NCBI GenBank assembly: GCA_965216465.1
Contig: CBDCFW010000003.1
Location: 160,001 to 224,000 of the forward strand
From: Bacteroidia bacterium
Lineage (GTDB): Bacteria; Bacteroidota; Bacteroidia; NS11-12g; UBA9320
Direction of reading: 5' to 3'
Length of the DNA: 64,000 bases
Shown here: positions 1-10,228 of the stretch, in pieces
Layout: the number at the start of each line of letters is the position of its first letter
Numbering within the stretch: position 1 is the first letter of the stretch
Notes under the pieces: model-generated
What the model saw: only the letters and a program-made list of their open reading frames with translations
The model's database searches: none
What the model was told of the DNA's origin: nothing
Program-made: the position numbers and the translations under genes

Positions 1-1
1 T

Positions 2-2014
2 ACTACAGACAATATTTTCGCTCCATTAACTATGATGGCTTTCCCTACGGTACCAGAATTTCACCGTGACGAGGCAGCTTTAGATATCTTATCTAGAATT
101 ATCGGAGGTGGTAAGAACTCTATCTTATATAAGAACTTAGAAAAAACTGAAGAAGCTCTTCAAGTTGGTGCATTCCACCAAACATTTGAACTTAGTGGAT
201 TCTTCGGTATTCAGGCGATTACAATGCCAGAAATGAGAGGAGGACTCTCGTATAAAGCACTTGAAGAAAAATTGAGAAGCTCTATTGCTGAATTTGAAAC
301 TAGAGGTGTAACTCAAGAGGATTTAGACATTATTAAAAGTCAAATTCTTCGTTCTTCTTACAGTGCGATGAACAGTATTAACTCTAAAGCTGAAGTTTTA
401 AGTCATTACAATATGATGAAAGGAAACGGCTACAATCTACAAGATGATATTGACAGATACAACGCTGTTACGGCTGAAGACGTAGTGCGTGTATACAACA
501 AATATGTTAAAGGAAAGAAAGCTGTATTCATTCGTGTAGAGCGTGAAATGAATAGAGATAAAGATGACGATACTCCAAAAAGTGTAAACCCACATGCTGG
601 TGAAGAAAAGAAAATTGACAAGCAGTACGAAGGTTTATCATACCAAGCTCCTAAAGATGATTTTGATAGAGCTGTTAGACCAACTGTACCTGGAGCAAAA
701 CCATTTACCATTCCATCTTTTTACACCAGTAAATTAGATAACGGATTGAAAATCATTGGTACAGAGTCTAGCGAATCTCCACTGGTTTACATCTACTTTG
801 ATATTGAAGGTGGACACTTGTTATCTGCCAACAAAAAAGTTGGAACAGGTACAGCAATGGTTACTGCTGCTATGATGGGAGAGGGAACTTCTAAGTTAAC
901 TACTGAAGAGTTTTCTAGAGAACTTGAAAAGCTTAGTAGCTCAATCAGCTTTAGCAGTGGAACAAGCTCAACCACAGTTTTTGTAAGCACGCTTGCTTCA
1001 AACGTAGATGCAACGCTTGCATTATTAAAAGATGCAATGTTTGATCCACGTTTCGACCCAGCAGATTTCAAACGTATTAAGAAACAAATATTGGAAGGAT
1101 TGAAAACTCAAAAATCAAATCCTTCAATAATGGCTAGTAAAGCATGGAACTCTGTAATGTATGAAGGAACAGTTCTTGAGAACTACTATTATGGTAACTT
1201 CAAGTCATTGAACAAGATTGATCTTGATGATGTGAAAGAATTCTATAATACATATTACTCTCCAAACGTGACTACATTAGTAGTGTCAGGAGCTATTTCA
1301 AAAGAAGATGCTCTAAGCAAACTTTCATTCTTGAACGAGTGGAAAAACACCAACGTTGTTGTTCCTGAAATTCCAGAATTATCTATGCCAGAGAAAACTA
1401 CCATTTACTTGGTAGATAAACCATATGCTGCTCAATCAACAATCGTTGCAGGACACCCATCTAGAAAATACGACTACAACGGTGACTACTTCAAGTCTAC
1501 GGTAATGAACTTTGCTCTGGGTGGAGCATTCAACTCTCGTATCAACCTAAACTTGAGAGAAGATAAAGGATACACTTACGGTGCACGTTCATTCTTCTCT
1601 GCAAACGACCAATACGGAACATATAGATTCTCTTCTGAAATTAAGAAAGAAGCTACTGATAGTGCTATATCTGAGTTAATGAAGGAAATTACAAACTATG
1701 TTGATGGTGGAATCACGGAAGATGAATTGAAGTTTACAAAGAGCTCAATTACGTTAAGCGAGGCTCTTGATTACGAAACACCTTCTCAGAAGCTTGGTTT
1801 CTTAAGCAGAATTGCTGAGTACGATCTTCCTAGTGATTACACTACACAACAATCTAAGTTGATCAATAGCTTAACTGTTGCAGATATCAATGCACTTGCT
1901 AAGTCTTCACTTCACCCGAACAACATGGTAATTATCGTTGTAGGGCACGCCTATAAGGTACGTGAAGGGCTTAACAAGCTTGGTTACGACGTTAAAGAAA
2001 TTACCGTTGAGTAA
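2..2014 (+). CDS. M16 family (insulinase/PqqL-like) zinc peptidase, 5' end outside window
   Basis: Frame is open from position 2. Repeated M16 domains with C-terminal NLREDKGYTYGARS motif. The HXXEH motif is not seen and presumably lies upstream of the window. Confidence 0.85.
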   Translation, partial: TTDNIFAPLTMMAFPTVPEFHRDEAALDILSRIIGGGKNSILYKNLEKTEEALQVGAFHQTFELSGFFGIQAITMPEMRGGLSYKALEEKLRSSIAEFETRGVTQEDLDIIKSQILRSSYSAMNSINSKAEVLSHYNMMKGNGYNLQDDIDRYNAVTAEDVVRVYNKYVKGKKAVFIRVEREMNRDKDDDTPKSVNPHAGEEKKIDKQYEGLSYQAPKDDFDRAVRPTVPGAKPFTIPSFYTSKLDNGLKIIGTESSESPLVYIYFDIEGGHLLSANKKVGTGTAMVTAAMMGEGTSKLTTEEFSRELEKLSSSISFSSGTSSTTVFVSTLASNVDATLALLKDAMFDPRFDPADFKRIKKQILEGLKTQKSNPSIMASKAWNSVMYEGTVLENYYYGNFKSLNKIDLDDVKEFYNTYYSPNVTTLVVSGAISKEDALSKLSFLNEWKNTNVVVPEIPELSMPEKTTIYLVDKPYAAQSTIVAGHPSRKYDYNGDYFKSTVMNFALGGAFNSRINLNLREDKGYTYGARSFFSANDQYGTYRFSSEIKKEATDSAISELMKEITNYVDGGITEDELKFTKSSITLSEALDYETPSQKLGFLSRIAEYDLPSDYTTQQSKLINSLTVADINALAKSSLHPNNMVIIVVGHAYKVREGLNKLGYDVKEITVE

Positions 2015-2033
2015 TATAGATTAAATAAGAGAG

Positions 2034-2061
2034 AAAGCGAGTCGAAAGGCTCGCTTTTTTT
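2034..2061 (+). terminator. Rho-independent terminator between convergent genes
   Basis: AAAGCGAGTC-GAAA-GGCTCGCTTT followed by a T run. Confidence 0.85.
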
Positions 2062-3244
2062 ATGCCTGATAAAATTTCAAAAGTTCGTCGGCTAATGCTT
2101 CAGTTGCATATCTGTTTTCGATAAGCTGGCGAGCATTTTGAATAATCTTTTGTGCATCAATATCTCCATTGTTTATCGCCTTAAAACAAGCCACAAACTC
2201 ATCGGGAGTGTCAGCAATGAGCAAATGTTCATTAGCAATGTAATCGATGCCTTGTGCACCTATAGTCGTTGATACAACCAATTTGCCTGCTGCCATTGCT
2301 TCTAAAATTTTTAATCGAATTCCACTTCCGCTTTTAAGTGGAACAACGCACACGTCGCAAACTTTCACAAAATCAAATGCCCTAGGAACGTCAGAAGCAA
2401 CAAGAACAGACCTATTAGCATCGTAAAGTTCAGCATCAATACTTTTCCCAGCTAAATGAAGTGTATAATCTGACGATTGTTTAAGAAGCTTTGGGTGAAT
2501 GTCTTTAATGTACCAATCAACTGCTTCGACGTTGGCATGCCACTCCATAGATCCAATGTGGTACCAGTTCAGAAATGTGTGTGCTGGATGATATTGCCAC
2601 TCGTCGAGGTCTATACCTGCTGGTGTAGTATGGCTGGATATGCTTGGAGCAAGAGATTTGAACTTTTCGCCGTCGTTGTCGGTCACAGGAACGATAACAT
2701 CAACCTCTTGTACAATTCTTTTCTCGTACTTCTTAAGTTGCTTAGCAAGAATGTTGAGATAGATCTTCTTTGCAGGATTGGATGCATTGGTTGCCAACCG
2801 TTCCCATATTTCAAACTCGGCATTGTGCATTCGGAGAGATAGCATACCGCTATGATTTTGCCGCACAGTTTCAATATAAGGTCCTGCAAACGTCCCTTCC
2901 AATTGCACTACATCGAAGGTGTTGTTTTTTAAAAGCTCTTCCAGCTCCATTTCAAATGCTCGGTTGTAGAATCGACTAACGTTATACGATTCATTTCGAA
3001 GGAGATGTTTTAAAGCTTCATCTGTCTTTATTCCTGTATCAATTGGATGAATGTAGGTATGTGCAAATTTTGAAAGTTCTGCCTGAGCTTCGGCCACCGG
3101 GGTGTTGTGTTTTAATCCATCTAGACAGTATAGATAAACTTCGTGTCCCAATCTATGAAAGGCTCTAGTATAGTTGTAAATACCAATGTTGCCTCCTTCG
3201 TTTAGCGGCCAGGGAACTCTATTTGAAACCTGCAGTATTTTCAT
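2060..3244 (-). CDS. Glycosyltransferase family 4
   Basis: MKILQV N-terminus, P-P---GG motif, GSGIRLKILEAMAAG C-terminal motif. Confidence 0.85.
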   Translation of the reverse strand: MKILQVSNRVPWPLNEGGNIGIYNYTRAFHRLGHEVYLYCLDGLKHNTPVAEAQAELSKFAHTYIHPIDTGIKTDEALKHLLRNESYNVSRFYNRAFEMELEELLKNNTFDVVQLEGTFAGPYIETVRQNHSGMLSLRMHNAEFEIWERLATNASNPAKKIYLNILAKQLKKYEKRIVQEVDVIVPVTDNDGEKFKSLAPSISSHTTPAGIDLDEWQYHPAHTFLNWYHIGSMEWHANVEAVDWYIKDIHPKLLKQSSDYTLHLAGKSIDAELYDANRSVLVASDVPRAFDFVKVCDVCVVPLKSGSGIRLKILEAMAAGKLVVSTTIGAQGIDYIANEHLLIADTPDEFVACFKAINNGDIDAQKIIQNARQLIENRYATEALADELLKFYQA

Positions 3245-4776
3245 CTTTTTTGAAACACCCGTCCTAATTTTCGATAAAAATCAGCATCAAATAATTTAGA
3301 ATCTGTACTCGCTTTATAGGTTAAAAATATGGCTAGTGGAAAGAGAATGATGGTACTTAGCCACATCCCTGTAACCGAAGGTAAGCTTCCTTCAACTGCA
3401 AGCTTTTCTCCTACAATGTTGATTACATAATACAGGATAAATAACAGGAGTGACACAACCAGCGGTAATCCAAAACCTCCTTTTTTAATAATAGCACCCA
3501 AAGGAGCCCCGATAAAAAAGAGCAAAATACATGATACGGCTAGCGTGTACTTGCGATGCCATTCTACCAAATACTTTGAACGTAATTCAGATTGAGATTC
3601 GGCATCGTCAATATTATTTACGCTTATTCGTTTAACATTGTTTGCATTTTGTACTGCCCGATCAATTATTTTTTCACGGTCTAGTACGGGTCCTTTTACT
3701 GATTGAGGAGCAACCTGTCTTCCAACCCCAGCAACCCCTCCAATTGGTGCAAGACCAATTACATTAGATGTATCCTGAGGCAACGTATCTGGTTTATTTA
3801 AACTTGATAATTTGAGCAAGTAAGCTAGCCGTTCTTCAACGTCATTTTCTTCAACAATCAAAGTGTCATTAGCTTCATAGAAATAGGGCTCTAGGTATCT
3901 ATATAGCCCTTTCCGCTTGTCGGTGATGTAATCGGTCAAAGAATCTATCCTGCTATTAAGCTGAGCCACATTCAACATTCTATGATCCTCAGAAAATCGC
4001 TCTTTATCGGTACGATTAAACTGAAGCTCACTTAGGTCGATGGTCATATCATAGGTTTCAAATTCCATAGTGTTATGAGGCATGCTCTCATGATACTTTG
4101 GGTCATTTACCAATTCTTGATAGCGTTTACCCTTCTCCAAATGCAAGTTCATAAAGTGCTTATCTTCAGAGATCGTCATTTTTCCTTTCTTGGCAATTAG
4201 AATGTTGTTGTTGCCGGTATGGCGTCTATCATCAACATATATAATTACATCTTCAATAGTTTGATTATCATCATGTTTCTTTCCCACGCGAATGGCGTAG
4301 CCATCAATGTCCTTAAAAAATACATTGTCGACAATATTCATTGCCGGCTTTTTTTGAGTTACGTCGTAGAGTAGGGCTCCCCAACTCAAGTTAGCCTTTG
4401 GAATAAAATAGTTCGCTGTGTAGAAGGCTGAAAATGCCATTATAACACTGATAACAAACATCGGACGCATGGCTCGAAGTAAAGACACTCCTGAAGACTT
4501 AATCGCAACGAGCTCTGAACGCTCAGCCAAATTCCCAAACACCATGATCGAGGAAAGTAAGATCGCCAGCGGTAAGGCCAGTGGAATTAGGTGGATAGCA
4601 AAGTAAAATATGAACTCGAAAATTACGGATATCTCTAAGCCCTTTCCAACAAGGTCTTCAAGATACTTCCAGATTGTTTGCATGAGAAGCAAAAACAATG
4701 CAATAAAGAAGGTGCCAATAAATGGCCCAATAAACGACTTAATGAAAAGCCAGTGCAGTTTTTTAAGCATTCTCAA
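3241..4776 (-). CDS. LptF/LptG family LPS export permease
   Basis: Three TM helices, periplasmic domain, three TM helices. ELVAIKSSGVS and EWHRKY...GAPLG motifs. Confidence 0.9.
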   Translation of the reverse strand: MRMLKKLHWLFIKSFIGPFIGTFFIALFLLLMQTIWKYLEDLVGKGLEISVIFEFIFYFAIHLIPLALPLAILLSSIMVFGNLAERSELVAIKSSGVSLLRAMRPMFVISVIMAFSAFYTANYFIPKANLSWGALLYDVTQKKPAMNIVDNVFFKDIDGYAIRVGKKHDDNQTIEDVIIYVDDRRHTGNNNILIAKKGKMTISEDKHFMNLHLEKGKRYQELVNDPKYHESMPHNTMEFETYDMTIDLSELQFNRTDKERFSEDHRMLNVAQLNSRIDSLTDYITDKRKGLYRYLEPYFYEANDTLIVEENDVEERLAYLLKLSSLNKPDTLPQDTSNVIGLAPIGGVAGVGRQVAPQSVKGPVLDREKIIDRAVQNANNVKRISVNNIDDAESQSELRSKYLVEWHRKYTLAVSCILLFFIGAPLGAIIKKGGFGLPLVVSLLLFILYYVINIVGEKLAVEGSLPSVTGMWLSTIILFPLAIFLTYKASTDSKLFDADFYRKLGRVFQKR

Positions 4777-4849
4777 ATCCGCCTCAAAAATAATTAATTG
4801 TTGAGTTAAAAAGTCTATTTTCGAACGAATTATAACTTTTCATAGATAA

Positions 4850-6082
4850 ATGATATTCAAAAAGTTTGGTTTGGTTGTTTTCTTCTTGTGCTCTTCGGTT
4901 TCGTTGTTTAGTCAATTGGATAAAGAAAGCGAAAAATTGCTAAAGAAAGCTGAGAGGTGCATGAAAAAAGAAAGATATTCTGAAGCTGCCGACAATGTAA
5001 GAACGGTAATTAGAAAATATCCTGTTAATGAGTATTTGTGGAGCTTCTACCAAGAAATATACTTGCAGAATTACAACACAAACTACTTTCCAGATTTAAG
5101 AGTAAGCGTTTCATCTAAAAATGGGGAGGAGGATACCAGCTTAACTGCTTTCGAACAGTCTCTAAATAAGCTGTTTGTACAGCCTAAAGAAGACTATTTC
5201 AATGCGGTTTATGACGCATCAATTTACATGCCCTTCAACATGAAGTCTTCCGGAATCATGCGGGTTTACCATATAGACCCCTTGCACTTTACTTTAGATG
5301 AAATTGATGAGAAGTCGCTAAGTAAGCTGAAAGAAGCCAATCAGCAGTTTGATGCAAAGAACTATTTGGATGCTATTAGTTTGGCAAAAGAAGCCTACCA
5401 ACTAGATTCTAATAATTATTCCGCATTAGTCAAAATAGGCTTATCTTATTTTCAAGTGGGATACTATGGTGATGCTGCAATACACTTTCGTAAGGCAATC
5501 GAACTTGAACCTTCCTTGAATGAAGCTCGAAAGTACTTGGCCGATGCATTAAATAGAAAAGGGGAGAAGCAACAGGCTTTAGAAGTGCTTAAAGAAAGTC
5601 TCATGGTATACCCTGAAGAAAGCACCTTCGTAAAAATCTCAAAACTGCTTGAACAAACGAGTCGTTCGAAGTATCTAGATAGGCAATGGATTCTTAGACT
5701 GGCCAAGACCAATACCATGACCAATCCGCATAATCGACAACAGTTTTTTGAAGACCATATGCACTTTGGACCTTATATCGACCATTTTAACGACGTTAAA
5801 GCATTTTATTCTGATGAAGGTACTTTGTTGGATGATACCAGCTTCCCAGGAAACAAATACATTGAGGTTGAATGCTGGGAGCACATGTTAAAAGTAACTG
5901 AGTCAGAAGATATTCCAGCGCTACAATATGCCCGAGAAATGCAGAGCAAGGGACTGCTTGAAGCCTACATCTTTATCAGTATGTTTAATGTTGACTTATA
6001 CGATCAATACGTACATTATATAGCTAACAACCGTTCAACAGTTGAACGCTATATAAACAACTACTTAATCAGTACCCGTTAA
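4850..6082 (+). CDS. Exported tetratricopeptide-repeat protein
   Basis: GTG start, signal peptide ending FSQ, central TPR-like helices (ALVKIGLSYFQVGYYGDAAIHFRKAIELEP). Confidence 0.75.
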   Translation: MIFKKFGLVVFFLCSSVSLFSQLDKESEKLLKKAERCMKKERYSEAADNVRTVIRKYPVNEYLWSFYQEIYLQNYNTNYFPDLRVSVSSKNGEEDTSLTAFEQSLNKLFVQPKEDYFNAVYDASIYMPFNMKSSGIMRVYHIDPLHFTLDEIDEKSLSKLKEANQQFDAKNYLDAISLAKEAYQLDSNNYSALVKIGLSYFQVGYYGDAAIHFRKAIELEPSLNEARKYLADALNRKGEKQQALEVLKESLMVYPEESTFVKISKLLEQTSRSKYLDRQWILRLAKTNTMTNPHNRQQFFEDHMHFGPYIDHFNDVKAFYSDEGTLLDDTSFPGNKYIEVECWEHMLKVTESEDIPALQYAREMQSKGLLEAYIFISMFNVDLYDQYVHYIANNRSTVERYINNYLISTR

Positions 6083-8673
6083 AGTTGACTCTCTAAAGAG
6101 CTTATTTTGCTTAGCGTGTCAGCTTTTTTCTGCTGTTCACGTTCGATAACTTCAGGCTTAGCATTGGCCATAAACTTCTCGTTGCCCAATTTCTTTTCAA
6201 TGCCAAATAAAAATCCTTTTAGTCGTTTGATTTCTTTCTCAATAGCATCGGTGTCAACCTTCTGAACAAAGTCTTTAAATCCAATACTTATTTCGTCTGT
6301 TCCAACCAAGGCTTTAAATCCATTTTCTACAGTAGCTGAAAGTGATTCAACATTAGCAAGTTTCTCAATAATTCCAGAGGCTTGCTGATACATTGCATCA
6401 TCAGTCGACTGAATGGAAACAGAGGCGGCAACCTTTGGCGAAATTCCATTCTCATTTCTCTTAGCTCGTACTTCAGAAATCAACTTAAATACATTTCCAT
6501 TGATGTTTTCTGAGGTGTTAGATGCCTTTGGCCATTCTTGTTGATTGATGAAGCTATCACCTCTGTCTTCAAGAGCTTGCCACAATTCTTCAGTAATGAA
6601 AGGCATAAAAGGATGAAGCAATCTTAAGATGGTGTTGAAATGGGCTTTGGCTTGATCAAGATCTTGTTGTGGAATTGGATCTCCGTAAGTAGGCTTAATC
6701 ATTTCCAAGTACCATCCACTAAAATCATCGCGAGTTAGCTTATAAAGCTCCATTAAAGCATCCGATATCCTAAAGTCTTCAAAATAGCTATCAATTGCAG
6801 TCACTGTTTTATCAATTCGTGCCTGCATCCATTGATGGGCTTTTTCTCCGTAGCTCTTGTAAAACTCATTTTGATCTGCTGTAACTTCAAGACCTTGAAT
6901 CAAACGGAATGAGTTCCAAAGTTTATTGCAGAAGTTTCTTCCTTGCTCACAAAGTCCTTCATCAAACAGCAAGTCGTTTCCGGCAGGGGCACTGAGCATC
7001 AGTCCCATTCGAACACCATCTGTTCCAAATTGATTCATTAACTCGATTGGATCCGGACTATTTCCGAGCGACTTCGACATCTTTCTTCGTTGCTTATCAC
7101 GTACAATTCCGGTGAAGTACACATTTTTAAAAGGAATTTCCTTTTTGTATGCACTACCGGCCATAATCATACGAGCAACCCAGAAAAAGATAATGTCTGG
7201 GGCCGTTACGAGGTCGGAGGTAGGGTAGTAGTAATCAATTTCCTTGCTATCACCCGCTTTAAATCCATCAAAAACACTAATAGGCCACAACCAACTACTA
7301 AACCAAGTATCTAAAACGTCTTCATCTTGTCTTAAGTCATTAGCCGACAATGATGAGTTACCTAATTGTGCTAGAGCTTCATCAGCTGTTTTTGCAATAA
7401 TTACTTCACCAGTAGGAGTATACCACGCCGGAATTCTTTGTCCCCACCAAAGCTGTCTTGATATACACCAGTCTTTAATGTTTTCAATCCAGTGGCGGTA
7501 TGTGTTTTTAAACTTAGCTGGATGGAATTTTATTTTATCTTCCATCACATCTGTAAGAACTTCAGGATAGTCTGCCATGAATTTTTTCATGTTAACGAAC
7601 CACTGAGCAGATAGTCGAGGTTCAATTATCGCTTTGCTTCGCTCGCTTTTCCCAACCTTATTCGTAATGTCTTCAGTCTTGATTAGCAAACCTGAATCTT
7701 CGAGATCTTTTGCTGAAATTTTTCTTGCTTTGAAGCGATCCATTCCAACATATACTTGTGCAGCTTCGCTTATTGTCGCATCTTCATTAAATACATCAAT
7801 AGTTTGAAGATTGTGACGTTGACCTATCTCATAGTCATTGATATCGTGAGCCGGAGTTACTTTAAGAGCTCCTGTTCCAAACTCAATATCAATATAGTTA
7901 TCCGCGATTATTGGAACCTCTCGATTAACAAGTGGCACAATACATTTTTTGCCAACTAAGTTCTTATAACGCTCGTCTTCAGGATGAACGCAAACTGCAG
8001 TATCGCCCATTATGGTTTCCGGACGTGTTGTTGCAATGCTTATGTAGTCATCACTGTCAACAAGCTTGTATTTTACATAATACAATTTAGCCTGCTGTTC
8101 TTCATAGTTTACTTCTTCGTCGCTTAGTGCAGTCTTACCAACTGGATCCCAATTTATCATACGAGTACCGTGATAGATATATCCACTTTTATGAAGATCT
8201 ATGAAGGTGTCGATTACAGCATCGGAAAGATCCGGTTCCATGGTGAAACGCGTTCTATCCCAATCGCAGCTGCAACCAAGTTTTTTAAGTTGTTCTAGAA
8301 TAATTCCTCCATACTTATCCTTCCATTCAAAGGCATGTTCTAGAAATTTTTCTCGTCCAACTTCTTCCTTGCTACTCCCTTGTTCTTTAAGTAGGTTAAC
8401 TACTTTAGTTTCTGTGGCAATAGAAGCGTGATCGGTTCCAGGAACCCAACATGCATTATATCCAAGCATACGTGCTCTACGAATCAAAATATCTTGAATC
8501 GTGTTATTGAGCATATGCCCCATATGAAGAATACCTGTGACGTTAGGCGGAGGAATTACAATTGTGTAACTAGGCCTTTCGTCTGGGGTAGATCTAAACA
8601 ACTTGTGTTGCAACCATTGATCATACCACTTCTGTTCGATTCCATCGGGGTTGTATTTTGCGGATATTTCCAT
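6079..8673 (-). CDS. valS: Valine--tRNA ligase
   Basis: PPPNVTG-LHMGH (HIGH) motif, DWCISRQLWWG, KMSKS, C-terminal coiled coil. Confidence 0.98.
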   Translation of the reverse strand: MEISAKYNPDGIEQKWYDQWLQHKLFRSTPDERPSYTIVIPPPNVTGILHMGHMLNNTIQDILIRRARMLGYNACWVPGTDHASIATETKVVNLLKEQGSSKEEVGREKFLEHAFEWKDKYGGIILEQLKKLGCSCDWDRTRFTMEPDLSDAVIDTFIDLHKSGYIYHGTRMINWDPVGKTALSDEEVNYEEQQAKLYYVKYKLVDSDDYISIATTRPETIMGDTAVCVHPEDERYKNLVGKKCIVPLVNREVPIIADNYIDIEFGTGALKVTPAHDINDYEIGQRHNLQTIDVFNEDATISEAAQVYVGMDRFKARKISAKDLEDSGLLIKTEDITNKVGKSERSKAIIEPRLSAQWFVNMKKFMADYPEVLTDVMEDKIKFHPAKFKNTYRHWIENIKDWCISRQLWWGQRIPAWYTPTGEVIIAKTADEALAQLGNSSLSANDLRQDEDVLDTWFSSWLWPISVFDGFKAGDSKEIDYYYPTSDLVTAPDIIFFWVARMIMAGSAYKKEIPFKNVYFTGIVRDKQRRKMSKSLGNSPDPIELMNQFGTDGVRMGLMLSAPAGNDLLFDEGLCEQGRNFCNKLWNSFRLIQGLEVTADQNEFYKSYGEKAHQWMQARIDKTVTAIDSYFEDFRISDALMELYKLTRDDFSGWYLEMIKPTYGDPIPQQDLDQAKAHFNTILRLLHPFMPFITEELWQALEDRGDSFINQQEWPKASNTSENINGNVFKLISEVRAKRNENGISPKVAASVSIQSTDDAMYQQASGIIEKLANVESLSATVENGFKALVGTDEISIGFKDFVQKVDTDAIEKEIKRLKGFLFGIEKKLGNEKFMANAKPEVIEREQQKKADTLSKISSLESQL

Positions 8674-8707
8674 GTATTAAAATTGGTGACTTAAAGTTAT
8701 TGCAAAT

Positions 8708-8738
8708 AAAAAAGCCCAAACTGTAAAGTTCGGGCTTT
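8708..8738 (-). terminator. rplS terminator
   Basis: Minus strand AAAGCCCGAACT-TTAC-AGTTTGGGCTTT plus T run. Confidence 0.85.
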
Positions 8739-8757
8739 CGGTATAAATATTTTGTAA

Positions 8758-9099
8758 TTATCTTTTTTCTTTAATTCTAGCAGCTTTACCAGATCTTTTT
8801 CTAAGATAGAATATTCTAGCCCTTCTTACTTTACCTCGTCTATTGACTTCAATTTTGTCAATGTTTGGAGAGTGTAATGGGAAAATTCTTTCTACACCAA
8901 CACCGCTACTGATTTTTCTTACAGTAAATGTTTCATCTAAACCAGTATTTCTTTTCTGTAGTACAGTACCTTGAAACACCTGAATTCTTTCTTTATCGCC
9001 CTCTTTAATCTTGTAGTGAACAGATACGGTATCACCTGCTCCAAACTCTGGAAGATCGGTTCTAATGTGGCTTGCTTCTATGTGCTTAACTAAATCCAT
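8758..9099 (-). CDS. rplS: 50S ribosomal protein L19
   Basis: [17 protein letters not shown] and [12 protein letters not shown] motifs. Confidence 0.98.
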   Translation of the reverse strand: MDLVKHIEASHIRTDLPEFGAGDTVSVHYKIKEGDKERIQVFQGTVLQKRNTGLDETFTVRKISSGVGVERIFPLHSPNIDKIEVNRRGKVRRARIFYLRKRSGKAARIKEKR

Positions 9100-9115
9100 T
9101 TTTGTAAAGTGGCTG

Positions 9116-9123
9116 CAAAAGTA
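9116..9123 (-). promoter_or_regulatory. Bacteroidota primary-sigma -7 element for rplS
   Basis: TACTTTTG on the minus strand matches TAnnTTTG. Confidence 0.65.
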
Positions 9124-9199
9124 AATAAAAGAATTTGTAGTTATTCACAATTATTAAAATAATATGCAAAAAAAAATCAAAAAAAACATTGGTGGTGAC

Positions 9200-9228
9200 T
9201 TGCTTATTTAAAATATCTTTTAATTTTG
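9200..9228 (+). promoter_or_regulatory. Bacteroidota primary-sigma promoter for rplU-rpmA
   Basis: TTG-N18-TAATTTTG. Confidence 0.7.
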
Positions 9229-9246
9229 CAGCATCATTAAAGAATA

Positions 9247-9558
9247 ATGTACGCGATTGTTGATATAGCAGGGAAACAATTTAAGGTTGAGAAAGACCAG
9301 AAATTGTATGTTCATAGACTACTTGAGGATGAAGGTAAATCTGTGAAATTTGATAACGTTATGCTTGTAGATAACGACGGTAAAGTGAGTGTAGGAACTC
9401 CAAGCGTTAAAGGAGCAAGCGTTAAGGCAAAAGTTCTTCAGCATCTTAAAGGCGATAAGGTTATCGTATTTAAAAAGAAAAGAAGAAAAGGTTACAAAGT
9501 TAGAAACGGTCACAGACAGTATCTAACTCAAATTCAAATTGAAAGTATAAAAGGATAA
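9247..9558 (+). CDS. rplU: 50S ribosomal protein L21
   Basis: MYAIV---GKQFKV and [12 protein letters not shown] motifs. Confidence 0.98.
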   Translation: MYAIVDIAGKQFKVEKDQKLYVHRLLEDEGKSVKFDNVMLVDNDGKVSVGTPSVKGASVKAKVLQHLKGDKVIVFKKKRRKGYKVRNGHRQYLTQIQIESIKG

Positions 9559-9562
9559 TAAA

Positions 9563-9814
9563 ATGGCACATAAGAAAGGAGCAGGAAGTAGTAAAAACGG
9601 AAGAGAGTCGCATAGTAAACGACTTGGTGTTAAAATTTTTGGTGGACAATCTGTTGTTGCCGGAAATATTATCGTGAGACAGCGTGGTACAGTTCATCAC
9701 CCTGGCAACAATGTAGGTATGGGAAAAGACCATACTTTGTTTGCTTTAACTGATGGAACTGTAGAATTTAAAAAGAAATCAAACAATCGTTCCTTTGTGA
9801 ACGTTATAGATTAA
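9563..9814 (+). CDS. rpmA: 50S ribosomal protein L27
   Basis: [17 protein letters not shown]-terminus. Confidence 0.98.
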   Translation: MAHKKGAGSSKNGRESHSKRLGVKIFGGQSVVAGNIIVRQRGTVHHPGNNVGMGKDHTLFALTDGTVEFKKKSNNRSFVNVID

Positions 9815-9861
9815 AGAGCTTGGGCGTTCTAGTCCAAGATTTAGAGTTTTCATAGTCAATT

Positions 9862-9896
9862 GAGAAGGTCTCCGCAAGGAGACCTTCTCTTATTTA
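9862..9896 (+). terminator. rplU-rpmA terminator hairpin
   Basis: Perfect 12-bp stem GAGAAGGTCTCC-GCAA-GGAGACCTTCTC with a TTATTT tail. Confidence 0.8.
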
Positions 9897-9961
9897 TACG
9901 GTTTTGTATTGCTGTGAAACTTCGAATTAATCCCATTCAGGTTGCACTAAATTTTATGCAA

Positions 9962-10047
9962 TAAAAAAGTCCCGGCTCTTTGCGGACCGAGACTTAGTGT
10001 ATCTAACTTGGTTAATAATAAGCACTTCGTTTGATAACAAAGTACCT
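9962..10047 (-). ncRNA. Candidate standalone small RNA (~85 nt)
   Basis: Upstream TATATTCG -7-like element (10050-10057), 12-bp 5' hairpin, 24-nt linker, terminator hairpin plus U6. Four G-U pairs form only on the minus strand. Confidence 0.6.
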
Positions 10048-10093
10048 TTCGAATATACAATTTTTTTGTGACAAATCGATAGAGTATTTTATT

Positions 10094-10228
10094 CTAAACA
10101 AAAATACCCACCAATGGTGATGGGTAGATTTTTACATATTTTGACCGCAATTCTAATCCTTGAGATTTAAGAATTTCAAGCTGCTCTTTTTGCTCTTGTG
10201 TGGCACTTATATGTAATGGTGGTTCCAT
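10094..10228 (-). CDS. Possible 44-aa small ORF (MEPPLHISATQEQKEQLEILKSQGLELRSKYVKIYPSPLVGIFV)
   Basis: ATG to TAG translated by hand in an otherwise empty intergenic region. No recognisable family. Confidence 0.25.
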   Translation of the reverse strand: MEPPLHISATQEQKEQLEILKSQGLELRSKYVKIYPSPLVGIFV

